Of a stretch of 64,000 bases of DNA, positions 29,787 through 39,689 are shown piece after piece. The stretch spans positions 960,001 through 1,024,000 of the forward strand of contig CAWCNY010000002.1 in the NCBI GenBank assembly GCA_963797095.1, written 5' to 3'. The notes below the pieces were generated by a model. The model was given only the letters and a program-made list of their open reading frames with translations, was not told the origin of the DNA and searched no databases. Position numbers and translations under genes: made by a program. Positions within the stretch are counted from its first letter, which is position 1. Each line of letters opens with the position of its first letter. Source of the DNA: an uncultured Chloroflexia bacterium. Its GTDB lineage: Bacteria; Chloroflexota; Chloroflexia; QHBQ01; JADMIH01.

Positions 29787-29949
29787 CCCTTTGCTCCTGT
29801 ATAACGATACAGGGCAAGCCGCGCATGTTGCCCTGCCCGGTCATTATACAGTGAGGTCTAAAATACGGGCAAGCATCGCACCAAACCCGCTGCTACGCAG
29901 GGAGCACTCCGCGCTGCTACGCAGGGAGCACTCCGCGCTGCTACACCCC

Positions 29950-32100
29950 TCAAACGCCCAGCGTGCGGGTCGCCAGTTCGTCCGAGTGCATTATGGTTCT
30001 GTTGCGTCCCTTCCCCTTCGCCACATAAAGCGCCCGGTCTGCGGCAGCTATCAGGGCTTCCTGCGACTCCCCGTCGGCCGGCAGCGATGACACTCCTGCG
30101 CTGACCGTCACCCACAGGCTCAATGGTATTTCCTCATCCACCCATACTTCGCACGCCGTAGAGGCTACCAGCAAGCGCAGCCGCTCGGCAAACTCCCATG
30201 CATCGTGCGCGCTCAATTCGGGCACTATAACCGCGAACTCCTCACCCCCATAGCGTGCCACACAGTCCACCGAGCGTATCGTTTTACTCAAAATGCCCGA
30301 CAGCCACGCCAACACTGTATCACCTATCTGGTGGCCGTAAGTGTCATTCACGTGCTTGAAGTGGTCCAGGTCGAGCAGTATCAGCGACATCGATCCTCCA
30401 TAGCGCTTGCACCGGGCCACTTCATTACTCAAAAGCCGCATAAACTCACGCCTGTTATACAACTCGGTCAATTCATCCCGAATCGCAAGCTCATGCAATG
30501 CTTCCTCGGCGCGCTTGCGCTCCCTTATCTCCTGTTGCGCTACCTCATACAGCTGCGCGTTCTGCAGCGCCACCGAGGCCATCTGCGCAAATCGGCTCAG
30601 CAGCTCTACTTCTTCGGAATGTATCTGCTCTGAATTCCCTCCCGTGTGGGCCATCCCCAGCACCCCCATCACCTCCCCACCCGCTCTCAGAGGCACCTCT
30701 ACTATGGCCCGCATCTCCACAACATCCAGTTCCGGCAAGCGGTGCTCCCACCTGGTGTAATCCTCAATCACCATGGTTTTGTTATACTCCCACACCCGCC
30801 CGGCTAACCCTTCGCCATACTTCACCCGCACATCGCCGATACTCCCCAGGAAGCGGCCGTTGGCTGCCCTTATCATCATCGTCTGCTCGTCCGGCTCCAG
30901 CACATACAGAAACGTATCCGGTATGCCAAGCAGAGAGGCCGCATTGATCACTATGGCTTCCAGCAGCGATTGCGTATCCAAACCGTTGACCAGGCCAAGT
31001 GTGGTGTCGTTTAGCGCCGAAAGCTCTGCCTTTTGCTTTCGCAGTTGGGCCTCCACCCCCCGCGCCTCTGTCACATCGCGGCTGATACCGATCACCCCAA
31101 GCAACTCGCCATCGGTCGATAGATAGGGAAACTTGGCCGTATTGTAGATAAGGGTCTTCCCGTGGATGGATACGGGGCTTTCATAGGTCAGCAACCCCAC
31201 TTCAATCGCCTGCCTGTCTTTCTCTATGACCGCTCGACCCTTCTCCTCGCCGAACAGGTCTATATCATCCATGCCAACGATATCCTGGCTTGATAGACCA
31301 AATATGTTGGCCCCGGAGCTGTTGATCATGGTATAGCGGCCCTGCAGATCCTTTATGAATATAGGGTCAGCCGTGTTCTCGATTATGGCTTTGAACCTGT
31401 TTTCACTGGCGATGAGCGCTTGCTCGCTGCGCTGCTTGCCCCGCATTTCGCGACCGATGATGGTGTAGATGAGGGCTATGAAGGCCAGGCAGAAGGGCAC
31501 GGTAGCCAGCAGCCAACCCGTCCCTGTGGCGCTCGTGACCAACTCGTCGGACATAGCGTCCAGCCTGGAGTGCTCCACCGATTGCATGTGGGCAACCGCC
31601 GAGCGTATATCGTCCATCAGCGCCTTGCCCGTCCCCTGTACGATCTTTTCCTGCGCGGCCTCGAAGCTCACCTTGCGTCGCAGAGCAACTACATCGCGGC
31701 TGAAATCGAGTTTCTGTTCGATCTTGGGCTCAAGCTGTATAAGGTTGGCTAGCTGGGTTGGATCATCGCTGATCAAGGAGCGAAGGTGCTTCAGATGGCT
31801 ATCTACGGTGCTTATGGCGGTGTAGTATGGCTCAAGGTATGAATCATCGCCGGTAATGACATACCCGCGAGTGCCGGTCTCATTATCGGTTATCAGAGAG
31901 AGGGTGGTTCCAAGTTCATCGATTACGCTCTGAGCCTGCGCCATTTGACGGCGTATAGTTAGCTCCCTTTGATTGGCGGCATCGGCCATGATGCCCAGGG
32001 CGAGCACCATGAAAAATGCGGCAGCAAAGCCGGCCACTACTTTATGGGCCAGGGATAGCTTTGGAATTATGAATAAAGTTGCCATGATTCGACCTGACAC
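29950..32100 (-). CDS. Diguanylate cyclase (CHASE3-PAS-GAF-GGDEF)
   Basis: ETGTRGY...YLEPY (CHASE3); IFIKD (PAS); GEGLAG (GAF); DLDHFK.VND.YGH, RxxD I-site, GGEEF. Confidence 0.92.
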   Translation of the reverse strand: MSGRIMATLFIIPKLSLAHKVVAGFAAAFFMVLALGIMADAANQRELTIRRQMAQAQSVIDELGTTLSLITDNETGTRGYVITGDDSYLEPYYTAISTVDSHLKHLRSLISDDPTQLANLIQLEPKIEQKLDFSRDVVALRRKVSFEAAQEKIVQGTGKALMDDIRSAVAHMQSVEHSRLDAMSDELVTSATGTGWLLATVPFCLAFIALIYTIIGREMRGKQRSEQALIASENRFKAIIENTADPIFIKDLQGRYTMINSSGANIFGLSSQDIVGMDDIDLFGEEKGRAVIEKDRQAIEVGLLTYESPVSIHGKTLIYNTAKFPYLSTDGELLGVIGISRDVTEARGVEAQLRKQKAELSALNDTTLGLVNGLDTQSLLEAIVINAASLLGIPDTFLYVLEPDEQTMMIRAANGRFLGSIGDVRVKYGEGLAGRVWEYNKTMVIEDYTRWEHRLPELDVVEMRAIVEVPLRAGGEVMGVLGMAHTGGNSEQIHSEEVELLSRFAQMASVALQNAQLYEVAQQEIRERKRAEEALHELAIRDELTELYNRREFMRLLSNEVARCKRYGGSMSLILLDLDHFKHVNDTYGHQIGDTVLAWLSGILSKTIRSVDCVARYGGEEFAVIVPELSAHDAWEFAERLRLLVASTACEVWVDEEIPLSLWVTVSAGVSSLPADGESQEALIAAADRALYVAKGKGRNRTIMHSDELATRTLGV

Positions 32101-32287
32101 CCTCAGGCACGCCGATCCGGTAGGGGTATGCTATAACCCGCATAGTAAATATAGCCCAGTTCATCTGACCTCGTAAGCCTACTTAAGTCCGGGCAACTGT
32201 TGGCTAATCTTCCTACTACTTCAGATAGCAACAAAGTTGGACAGCACGAACCCTCCTACGCCTCCAACTTCCCAGGTATACAATCTG

Positions 32288-32342
32288 TTTCTAAAAAGAG
32301 CACTATTGGCGGCTTTTCCGCCAATAGTGCTCTTTTTAGAAA
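32288..32342. terminator. 25-bp perfect hairpin; a second hairpin follows at ~32344-32369
   Basis: TTTCTAAAAAGAGCACTATTGGCGG-CTTTT-CCGCCAATAGTGCTCTTTTTAGAAA. Confidence 0.75.
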
Positions 32343-32468
32343 GCACCTCCCCAAATCTTGGGGAGGTGTTGGGGTGGGGCCTTTGCCCGTTCCCAATCTA
32401 CTTTACATACAAATCGAATATTCGAGATGATGTATGTTTCTATTCACAAGACCTCACGCGATTATGCC

Positions 32469-35400
32469 CTACGGGTGAGTTATCGCAAGATACACAATCT
32501 TCGATATCTGCCCCCTCAACGCCGGGTTCCCGGGCCGGAACGTACCGTCCGAATACCCGTTCAATATAGCGTAGCTCACCGCAGTCTCTATATAGCAGTA
32601 GAACGAGCTATCGTGCGGCACGTCGCTGAAGTGCCCGCTTGCCGGGCATTGCAGCGTCCACCCCTCCGCCAGCACCACGATCTTCGTCAGCTGCCCCCTC
32701 GTTACAAGCGCGTTCGGGCGGAAGTACGGTCGGTTACCCGGCCCAACGCACGGCTCCCCAACCCCACCGCATGGATAGCCGTTGATCAGCCCCGCGTTGT
32801 ACGACGTCTCAACGTAATCGTAGAACGTGCTCCCCGCCACCACATCCTCGAAGTGCGGCCCACCGGACGTGTTGATTGCCATCCCCTCGCCCAGCACCAC
32901 GATCTTCGTCAGCTGCCCCCTCGTCGTATTGTTCACCGGCTTGAAGCAGGGCGTCCCCGAGTCACATGGCGGGTTCGTGTTGTACCCGTTTATCACCGCG
33001 TGGCACGCCAGGTACTGCACCGGCTCATAGTAATAGTCCGCCGGGCTCACATCCACAAAATTCACCACGCACCCCGTTGGCGTAGGAGTAGGCGTGCCCG
33101 GTGTGCCGCCTACCGGTGTGGTGCTTGCCGTCGGGATCGGCGTCGGCGTAATCGCCCCCGCTACCACCACCAGCGACAGGTTGGTCGAATTGTAAGTTGG
33201 CAGCAGCGACCGCCCGCTCAGCACCAACCCCGTATACGAAGTAAACGTTCCACCGTGGCTGTTGTAAGGCATGATCTGAATTGTATTCCCCACGCTCGGC
33301 ACATACCCACCTACCATCTGTATATTGAGCGTGCCGCTCAGCGTGGCCGTTCCAAGCACATGCAACTGGTCGAAATCCGTCCCGGGGTTCGGTCCGCCTA
33401 TCTGGATAGTAACGGCCCCCGCTACTCCCTGCCGGTACGCCCCGTTCACAGTCAGCACACCAATCGCAGACCCAGGCCTGATCTCTCCCGAGTTGGCTAC
33501 CGTCCCCGTGATCACACCACCTCCCGTCAATAACCCGTCCAGGAAGTTCAGCGTCCCGGTGCTGCTCATATTGCCACCGCTCAGGCTCGTTGTCCCCGCA
33601 TACTGGTTGAAGTTCGGCCCGAAATTGATCACCCCGCTCAACACATCCACCGTACCGCTGTTGTTGAACACCAGCGTGCTCAGCCCCACGTTCGATGTGC
33701 CCGTCCCCGCCGCCTTCCGGAAAGTCCCGTCATTGCTGAAGATAGGCGCTGCTCCATTCTCATAACTTATCGAATCGTTATTCTGGATATTGAACGTACC
33801 ACCCGTCAGCACGTGGAATATCGCGCCCGTCCCCAGATACAATGTGCCGGTGCCTGTCCCATTCATATAAGCTATCCCGCCCAGGTCAAACGTTCGCTCC
33901 CGCAGGCGCTTCTGTGTCGAAACACCGTTCAGGTTCAGCACCGCCCCCACCGGTACGCTCGTGATCCCGGCGTCGACCATATACCCGCCCGACCAGTTCA
34001 ACGTATCCGTTACCGTATATATCCCACTCCCCCCTATCGTCCCATTTATCAGATTGGTAGATGCGCTCGTGGCATTCGAATTGAAATTGACCGTTCCGCC
34101 TGTAACGTTCGTGATACCTGCCATGTTACACACGCCCGCGATATTCACCGCCCCCGCGTTGAAAGTCAGGTTGCCCGATCCCGTCAGCGATGAGCCTGGC
34201 TGTAACGTGTGGTTGCCGCCGTTGAACCGCAGCGTAGCCTGCGATGACATCGTGAATGTCCCCTCGCTCGCTCCACCCCCGTCCAGGCTCAACGTGCCCG
34301 TCAGCACCTGCACCGCCCCGTCGTTGTTGAACAACAGGGAGCCGCTGCTGAGCGTTGACGTACCCGCTCCCCCCGACTTCTTGACCGTCCCGACATTATT
34401 GAAGTTTGCCTGGTTCGTGCCGTTCGCGTACAGGATAGAGTCGTTATTCTCAATGTCGAACACAGCCCCCAGGTTGTTATTGAACGTGGAGTGATTTCCC
34501 ATGTACAGGTAGCCCGTGCCCGTGCTGTTCATCAGCGCCAGGCCGTTGTTGTTCAGCGTCCTCTGGTACAAGTACTTCGATGTCGAGACCCCTGTAAACG
34601 TGAGGATACCTGATGCGTCTATATTCGTGGTCCCAGGCCCGTCTTGTATCCCACCTTGCCACGCCAAATAGGTCATATTCACCGTGCCCGTTCCCGTAAG
34701 CGTGCCGCTGCTCATAAACGCGGTGGTCGTATCCGCGTCCGAATCGAACCTGGCCGTGCCGCCGGTCACGCTGCTGGTGCCCATTATGTCGTATGTCCCT
34801 GCTACGTTCGCCGTCCCCGACTTGAACTCCACGTTCCCATCGCCCGTGATAGACGAGCTACTCCCAAGCAAATGTGTGCCCCCATTGAAGCGCAACTCAG
34901 AGCGCGGGTCAATCTCGAACGACCCGCTATCGGTCCCGCCGCCATCCAGGCTCAAGGTGCCCGTCATAACTTGCACGCTTCCATCGTTCTCGAACGACAA
35001 GCTGCCGCTCCCAATAGTGGAAACCAGCGCGCCGCCCGACTTGACTATCGTGCCTGTATTGATGAAGATGGCAGCCGTGGTGCCGTTTATGAACAGCACC
35101 GAGTCATTGTTCTGAAGGTCGAACACCCCGGTCGAAGTGTTGTTGAAGATTCCCTGGTCGCCGATAGCTATCGTACCGGTGCCTGTGCCGTTCACAACAG
35201 CGTGCCCGTTATTATTGAACACGCGCCCGCGCAGGCTCTTGGTAGCGCTAACACCCGCCACCGTCATCACGCCTGTTGCCGAAATATTCGTCTCGCCCGC
35301 CAGCGTATCGCCCTTGTTCATCGTGCCGCCGGTCCACAGCAGCACATCGGTATCGTACTCGCCATCGCCCGCCAGCGTGCCACCGCTCATGCTTGTGCTT

Positions 35401-36956
35401 GCTGACACTGCGATCGAATTGAATTTGACCGTTCCACCGGTTATATATGTAACCCCCGTGATGTTGTAGTCCCCTCCGATTGTGGTCAGCCCATTGCTGA
35501 ACGTCACATTTCCCTCGCCTGTGATCGAGGATGCCGGGCCGAGGTTATGCGTGCTCCCGGATACTCCGCCAAACCGGAGGGTTGTGTTCGGCAACACAGA
35601 GATCGCACTTACTATTGTATCGTTGAAACCGCCTGCGGCTCCTCCATCAATGCTGAGGGTTCCGGTCAATACATCTATTGGGCCGCTGCTGTTCAAGAAG
35701 AAGAAGTTCGACCCGAATGTCGAGATCCCCGCGCCTCCCGACTTACTTATCGTCCCATAATTATTGAAGGTCGGGTGCTCACCCGTACCATACACAACGG
35801 AGTCATTGTTCAGAATGACGAAACTGCCGTAATTATTGAACACAGCCAGGTTGCCCATCGCATATGTGCCTGTGCCTGTGCCGTTCAAGGTAAATGTGCC
35901 GTGATTGTTGAATGTGCGCTGGTTGAGGGTTTTGGTCGTTCCCGTGCCCGCCATCGTCACGGCTGCGCCAACCGGGATCTCGGTCGTTCCGGTGTCATTG
36001 CTAAACGGCCCATCCATCGTCCCGCCGTTCCAGGTCAACGTGCTGTTAACGGTGAACGTTCCCACTCCGGTCAGCGTTCCGGAGGTGAACTCGACATGAT
36101 CTGCGTTGGCCGATTGCGTGTTTACCGTGCCAATACTGACCGTGCCGCCGTTTATACGCATCACCCCTGAGCCGATAAATGAGGTGTTGTTGTCAAGTAT
36201 CTGCTGCCCGGTTGGGAAACACGCCGCCGATACTGATGAAATATCGAACAGGCCGTTACTCGTACCGCCGTTGGTCATATTCAAGGTGCAAGTATTAGGA
36301 GAAACAGGGGCTGTGGTTAGGCTAACCGTACCTAAATCATTCAAGATGCCGCCGTTCGCGACGGTCAAATTGTCCAGCCCAACCGTAATCGGTCCATCGA
36401 TCTTCACACCACGCCGCAAACCCTGCCCATCCAGCGTGCTTAGTGTTGATACCCCATATTGCGTCCAGCAAGTGCCGCATGTACCGCCCGCATAGCCACC
36501 TATCATTGTCAGTGGGATCGAGATCTCTGCCACTGCGTTCCCAGTGCCCAGGTAGGTCCCTCCCGCCAGCAAAACATAGTCGTCAGGCGCTGCTGACAGC
36601 AGAGCCAACTCTATAGACGTGAAGGTACTCCCGTTAGTACAAGGAGGCGCAGTAGGTTGAGATGTCATGTTATCGTCCACACACCAGTAGCTGGCTGTAG
36701 TCGACATAGCGGGCCTTTCCGCGAACGCCGAATATTGCTCGGCTGCCGTTCTCGCCGTATGAAATGCGTTTGCACTCCTCCCAATCGCGTGGAAGATGCT
36801 CTCAATACCCGAAGTTGCTTGCCCCGAAGAATCCACCACCCCACTTGTAGGGCGAGCGGCCTGCGAATTCTGCGCCATTGCACCCAGCACCAGTAGGATT
36901 ACCACCACAGGGATCGCATAACGCAAATATGCCGGCGTTCTCTTGCTATCTGACAT
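32469..36956 (-). CDS. Large secreted beta-helix/adhesin-like surface protein with C-terminal SLH domains
   Basis: Signal peptide; about 4 G/T/N-rich repeats (W.GG.M...NNDS...KSGG); PT linker; SLH motifs F.DV, GY.DGTFRP, TRGQ. Confidence 0.85.
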   Translation of the reverse strand: MSDSKRTPAYLRYAIPVVVILLVLGAMAQNSQAARPTSGVVDSSGQATSGIESIFHAIGRSANAFHTARTAAEQYSAFAERPAMSTTASYWCVDDNMTSQPTAPPCTNGSTFTSIELALLSAAPDDYVLLAGGTYLGTGNAVAEISIPLTMIGGYAGGTCGTCWTQYGVSTLSTLDGQGLRRGVKIDGPITVGLDNLTVANGGILNDLGTVSLTTAPVSPNTCTLNMTNGGTSNGLFDISSVSAACFPTGQQILDNNTSFIGSGVMRINGGTVSIGTVNTQSANADHVEFTSGTLTGVGTFTVNSTLTWNGGTMDGPFSNDTGTTEIPVGAAVTMAGTGTTKTLNQRTFNNHGTFTLNGTGTGTYAMGNLAVFNNYGSFVILNNDSVVYGTGEHPTFNNYGTISKSGGAGISTFGSNFFFLNSSGPIDVLTGTLSIDGGAAGGFNDTIVSAISVLPNTTLRFGGVSGSTHNLGPASSITGEGNVTFSNGLTTIGGDYNITGVTYITGGTVKFNSIAVSASTSMSGGTLAGDGEYDTDVLLWTGGTMNKGDTLAGETNISATGVMTVAGVSATKSLRGRVFNNNGHAVVNGTGTGTIAIGDQGIFNNTSTGVFDLQNNDSVLFINGTTAAIFINTGTIVKSGGALVSTIGSGSLSFENDGSVQVMTGTLSLDGGGTDSGSFEIDPRSELRFNGGTHLLGSSSSITGDGNVEFKSGTANVAGTYDIMGTSSVTGGTARFDSDADTTTAFMSSGTLTGTGTVNMTYLAWQGGIQDGPGTTNIDASGILTFTGVSTSKYLYQRTLNNNGLALMNSTGTGYLYMGNHSTFNNNLGAVFDIENNDSILYANGTNQANFNNVGTVKKSGGAGTSTLSSGSLLFNNDGAVQVLTGTLSLDGGGASEGTFTMSSQATLRFNGGNHTLQPGSSLTGSGNLTFNAGAVNIAGVCNMAGITNVTGGTVNFNSNATSASTNLINGTIGGSGIYTVTDTLNWSGGYMVDAGITSVPVGAVLNLNGVSTQKRLRERTFDLGGIAYMNGTGTGTLYLGTGAIFHVLTGGTFNIQNNDSISYENGAAPIFSNDGTFRKAAGTGTSNVGLSTLVFNNSGTVDVLSGVINFGPNFNQYAGTTSLSGGNMSSTGTLNFLDGLLTGGGVITGTVANSGEIRPGSAIGVLTVNGAYRQGVAGAVTIQIGGPNPGTDFDQLHVLGTATLSGTLNIQMVGGYVPSVGNTIQIMPYNSHGGTFTSYTGLVLSGRSLLPTYNSTNLSLVVVAGAITPTPIPTASTTPVGGTPGTPTPTPTGCVVNFVDVSPADYYYEPVQYLACHAVINGYNTNPPCDSGTPCFKPVNNTTRGQLTKIVVLGEGMAINTSGGPHFEDVVAGSTFYDYVETSYNAGLINGYPCGGVGEPCVGPGNRPYFRPNALVTRGQLTKIVVLAEGWTLQCPASGHFSDVPHDSSFYCYIETAVSYAILNGYSDGTFRPGNPALRGQISKIVYLAITHP

Positions 36957-37297
36957 TGCTCTTCGTCCTTCCTTGATAATGTACAAATACTGCGTGTAAC
37001 GAGTGGGGATGTCGTTGTGCAAGCCTCACAGCACTAATCATCCTCAGAAAATATCATCCTGGCCCGGAAGCATCCCAAACATCGGACCTTGAATTGCTTG
37101 GCAGTAGAGCCGAAACTTCACCCAGGCGAAAACCACCCCTTCTCTTGCATTCTAGTAGCGTGCTCTATATACAACAATAGGCAAACAGTCCTACCCCTCG
37201 CGACATATGTACAGCAATTATGTACTACCCGTGCCTGGCATCCGCATCCGTGGGTGACTAACCGCGCCTGGCGAAGCTGGCTGAAGCACCCCTCGCA

Positions 37298-37380
37298 AAA
37301 AACTGTACCAAAGTACACCCCAAAATCTGTCCAGATTTGTCCCGCCAATGCCATATAGTAAGTGAGGGCAAGTCCAACCC
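37298..37380 (+). repeat. 83-bp conserved non-coding element (inverted copy at 52726-52808)
   Basis: Ungapped hand alignment, 69/83 identical. Confidence 0.85.
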
Positions 37381-37560
37381 TTGAAAAGAGAATGGCAGAA
37401 GGAGGTGAGCGGTGTTGGTTCGACAAAACTGAGGCTGATCGCCCTGGCTTTGAAGGGATCAGAGCGCAGACTGGGTGCGCGCCATCTTTTAGGAAGGAAA
37501 GAAAAATGATACCCTCTAGGTGAAAACATCCCGGCTAAGGCCGAAATCCTGGAGGGTATC

Positions 37561-39017
37561 ATGCAGAGTAGCGAGTTTCAGGCCGTTTGCGACCTGTCAC
37601 CTGCCCTCACTAGTATTGTGAAGGAATTTGAGGGGCTTGTCAAACAGCTTTGGATATATGCTCAACGCAACCCGGATGCTACTTTGAGCAGTCTCGAAGA
37701 AAGAGCACGTCAACTGCGCTCGGACTGTTTCGCCTCAGCCTTAGAAGCCGCAGCCCAACTGCATCGTGCCATGATAGAGGAAGAATGGCTGCTTGGGCAC
37801 AAGCAGTGTGACTGCGGGCAGACACCCCAGTACAAGGGTAAGCAGCGGCGCACTGTGCAAACATGGGTAGGCACGGTCACATTGGAGAGAGGTTACTTCT
37901 ACTGTAAAGGGTGTGGCACCGGACGCTACCCGCTGGATGAGGCTCTAGGCATACCCGCACGGGAACACTTCTCGGACGGAGTGCAACAAGGAGTGTGCCT
38001 GCTGGGTGTGCAGATGCCTTTCGAGCAGGCTGCACATGCAGTGGAGGTACTCACTGGCATGTCGGTCTCTCCAAGAGAAGCCGAGCGCATGACTGAACAG
38101 AGGGGGCTTACATTAGAGGAGAGCTTGCAAGAGGAGAGCTTGCAAGAGGAGAGCTTGCAAGAGGAGAGCTTGCAAGAGGAGAGGAGAGCTTGCAAGCAGA
38201 AGATCAAACGCTAGGGGCAAGTCCCACCTCTCAGAAAGGTTCAAAGGTTGCAGATGGAGCATTGGGCTTGGGCACATGGGCGGCGACGCTGGACGCTGGC
38301 AAGGTGCGCTACGAAGATGGGTGGCATGACGCTAAAGCGGGAGTGGTGTTTTGGGCCGAGCCTGCATACAACGAAGCAGGAGAGATAGAGGGGGCAAGAG
38401 CCACCCATCAGAGCTATGTGGCGGAGGTCGGCTCGATGGAGCGGGCAGGAAAGCGGTTGAGTGCTGAAGCATGGAGGAGAGGGATAGGCCCTGAGGAGCA
38501 GGTTGTATGTCTGGGAGATGGGGCACCCACCAACTGGATACAGTTCGATGAGCACTTTGCCAACAGGGTAGAGGTACTCGACTGGTATCACGCCATGGAG
38601 CACCTGTGGCAAGCAGGTAATGGTATCTTCGGGCAGGGCACACCAGACGCCGCAAGATGGGTGAAGCGTTGGGAGAAGGAATTATGGGAGGGAAGGGTAG
38701 AAGCAGTCATTGTGGCTCTACACAGAGAGAGCAAACGTGAAGGGGAGGCGGGAGAAGCGGCACGAGAGCAGATTCATTACTTCCAGACGAACAAAGAGAG
38801 GATGCGCTACTCCGAGTACCGGGCATTGGGCTTCCCAGTTGGTTCAGGCACGGTGGAGAGTGCATGCAAGCGGCTGATTGGTGCCCGTCTCAAGGGAGCA
38901 GGCATGTGTTGGAGCAAACCAGGAGCACAAGGGGTGCTGACACTGAGAGCCGAACTGCTCAGTGAGAGGTGGGAGCAATGCTGGCCCAAAACTCGCCCTC
39001 TCAGAAAAGTCGCCTAA
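37561..39017 (+). pseudogene. DDE transposase, frameshifted within an internal tandem repeat
   Basis: ORFs 37561-38214 and 38190-39017 overlap at the repeat. Confidence 0.85.
38116..38195 (+). repeat. Tandem repeat: 4x15 bp + 1x20 bp
   Basis: Counted directly; 80 bp total. Confidence 0.92.
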
Positions 39018-39049
39018 ACGATGGCGCGCACCCGCGCAGACTTTTCCAC

Positions 39050-39078
39050 TTGCAATGCGCATTGCGCTATGCTATAAT
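39050..39078 (+). promoter_or_regulatory. Sigma70 promoter of tRNA-Ser
   Basis: TTGCAA-17 bp-TATAAT with extended TG. Confidence 0.75.
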
Positions 39079-39126
39079 TACCGTGCATGAGCGTGCATAG
39101 CAGGTGCGCTCAACCCATTTGTGTGT

Positions 39127-39217
39127 GGGGAGATGCCAGAGAGGTCGAATGGGGCCGCCTGCTAAGCGGTTAAGCGACGTTTAAGTTGCTTCTAGGGTTC
39201 GAATCCCTATCTCCCCG
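39127..39217 (+). tRNA. tRNA-Ser(GCT); CCA not encoded
   Basis: GGGGAGA/TCTCCCC-G acceptor stem, CTGCTAA anticodon loop, long variable arm, GGTTCGAATCC. Confidence 0.96.
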
Positions 39218-39689
39218 CCCCTTTCCTTTATGTCCCTAGCTTGTAACTTCCAATACCCCTGACCCTTCCCAGCCAGTTTCCACTTACATTACCCACATCA
39301 ACCAAGTTCGCACTCCACCCTTTGTTATCACCTAACCCCTCGTGCTTTCTGATCCAGCGAGCCATTGCCGAACCTGCGAATCCTATCTCTTCTTGATCGG
39401 ATGTAGGCGGTGGTCTTCAGGACCAGTTTTCGCACAACCGTGCCGCGCAACGAATGCGACTCGCTGCTTTCCTCCTATCTACTCAAAGTCTTATCGTGTG
39501 CGCAAAACTGATCCGGCAACCGGTAGCGTTCCATAAAGTAGGAACCAGGAACCAGAAACCAAGGATCAGGAACTGACAATCGTGTATGGAAAATGGCAAG
39601 CGTCATACGCACCCGGCACAATACCTATAGCCAGGTAATGCAATCGAATAGAACCAGCATAATCCGCTCAATGAAGAGAGGAAAACATA

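Larger units (their letters stand above)
37473..39033 (+). mobile_element. Mutator-like IS (ISKra4/ISLre2 type), copy 2, 1561 bp
   Basis: Same terminal inverted repeats as copy 1; 9-bp target duplication GCGCAGACT (37464-37472, 39034-39042). Confidence 0.93.

Noticed and set aside
29650-29945. 24-bp repeats as a mini-CRISPR
   Set aside because: The units are directly adjacent with no spacers.
32358-33533. Long antisense ORFs (also 24883-25857, 27924-29096, 40971-42002, 51433-52689)
   Set aside because: Shadow frames opposite well-supported genes in GC-rich, skewed DNA; Arg/His/Pro-rich with no motifs.
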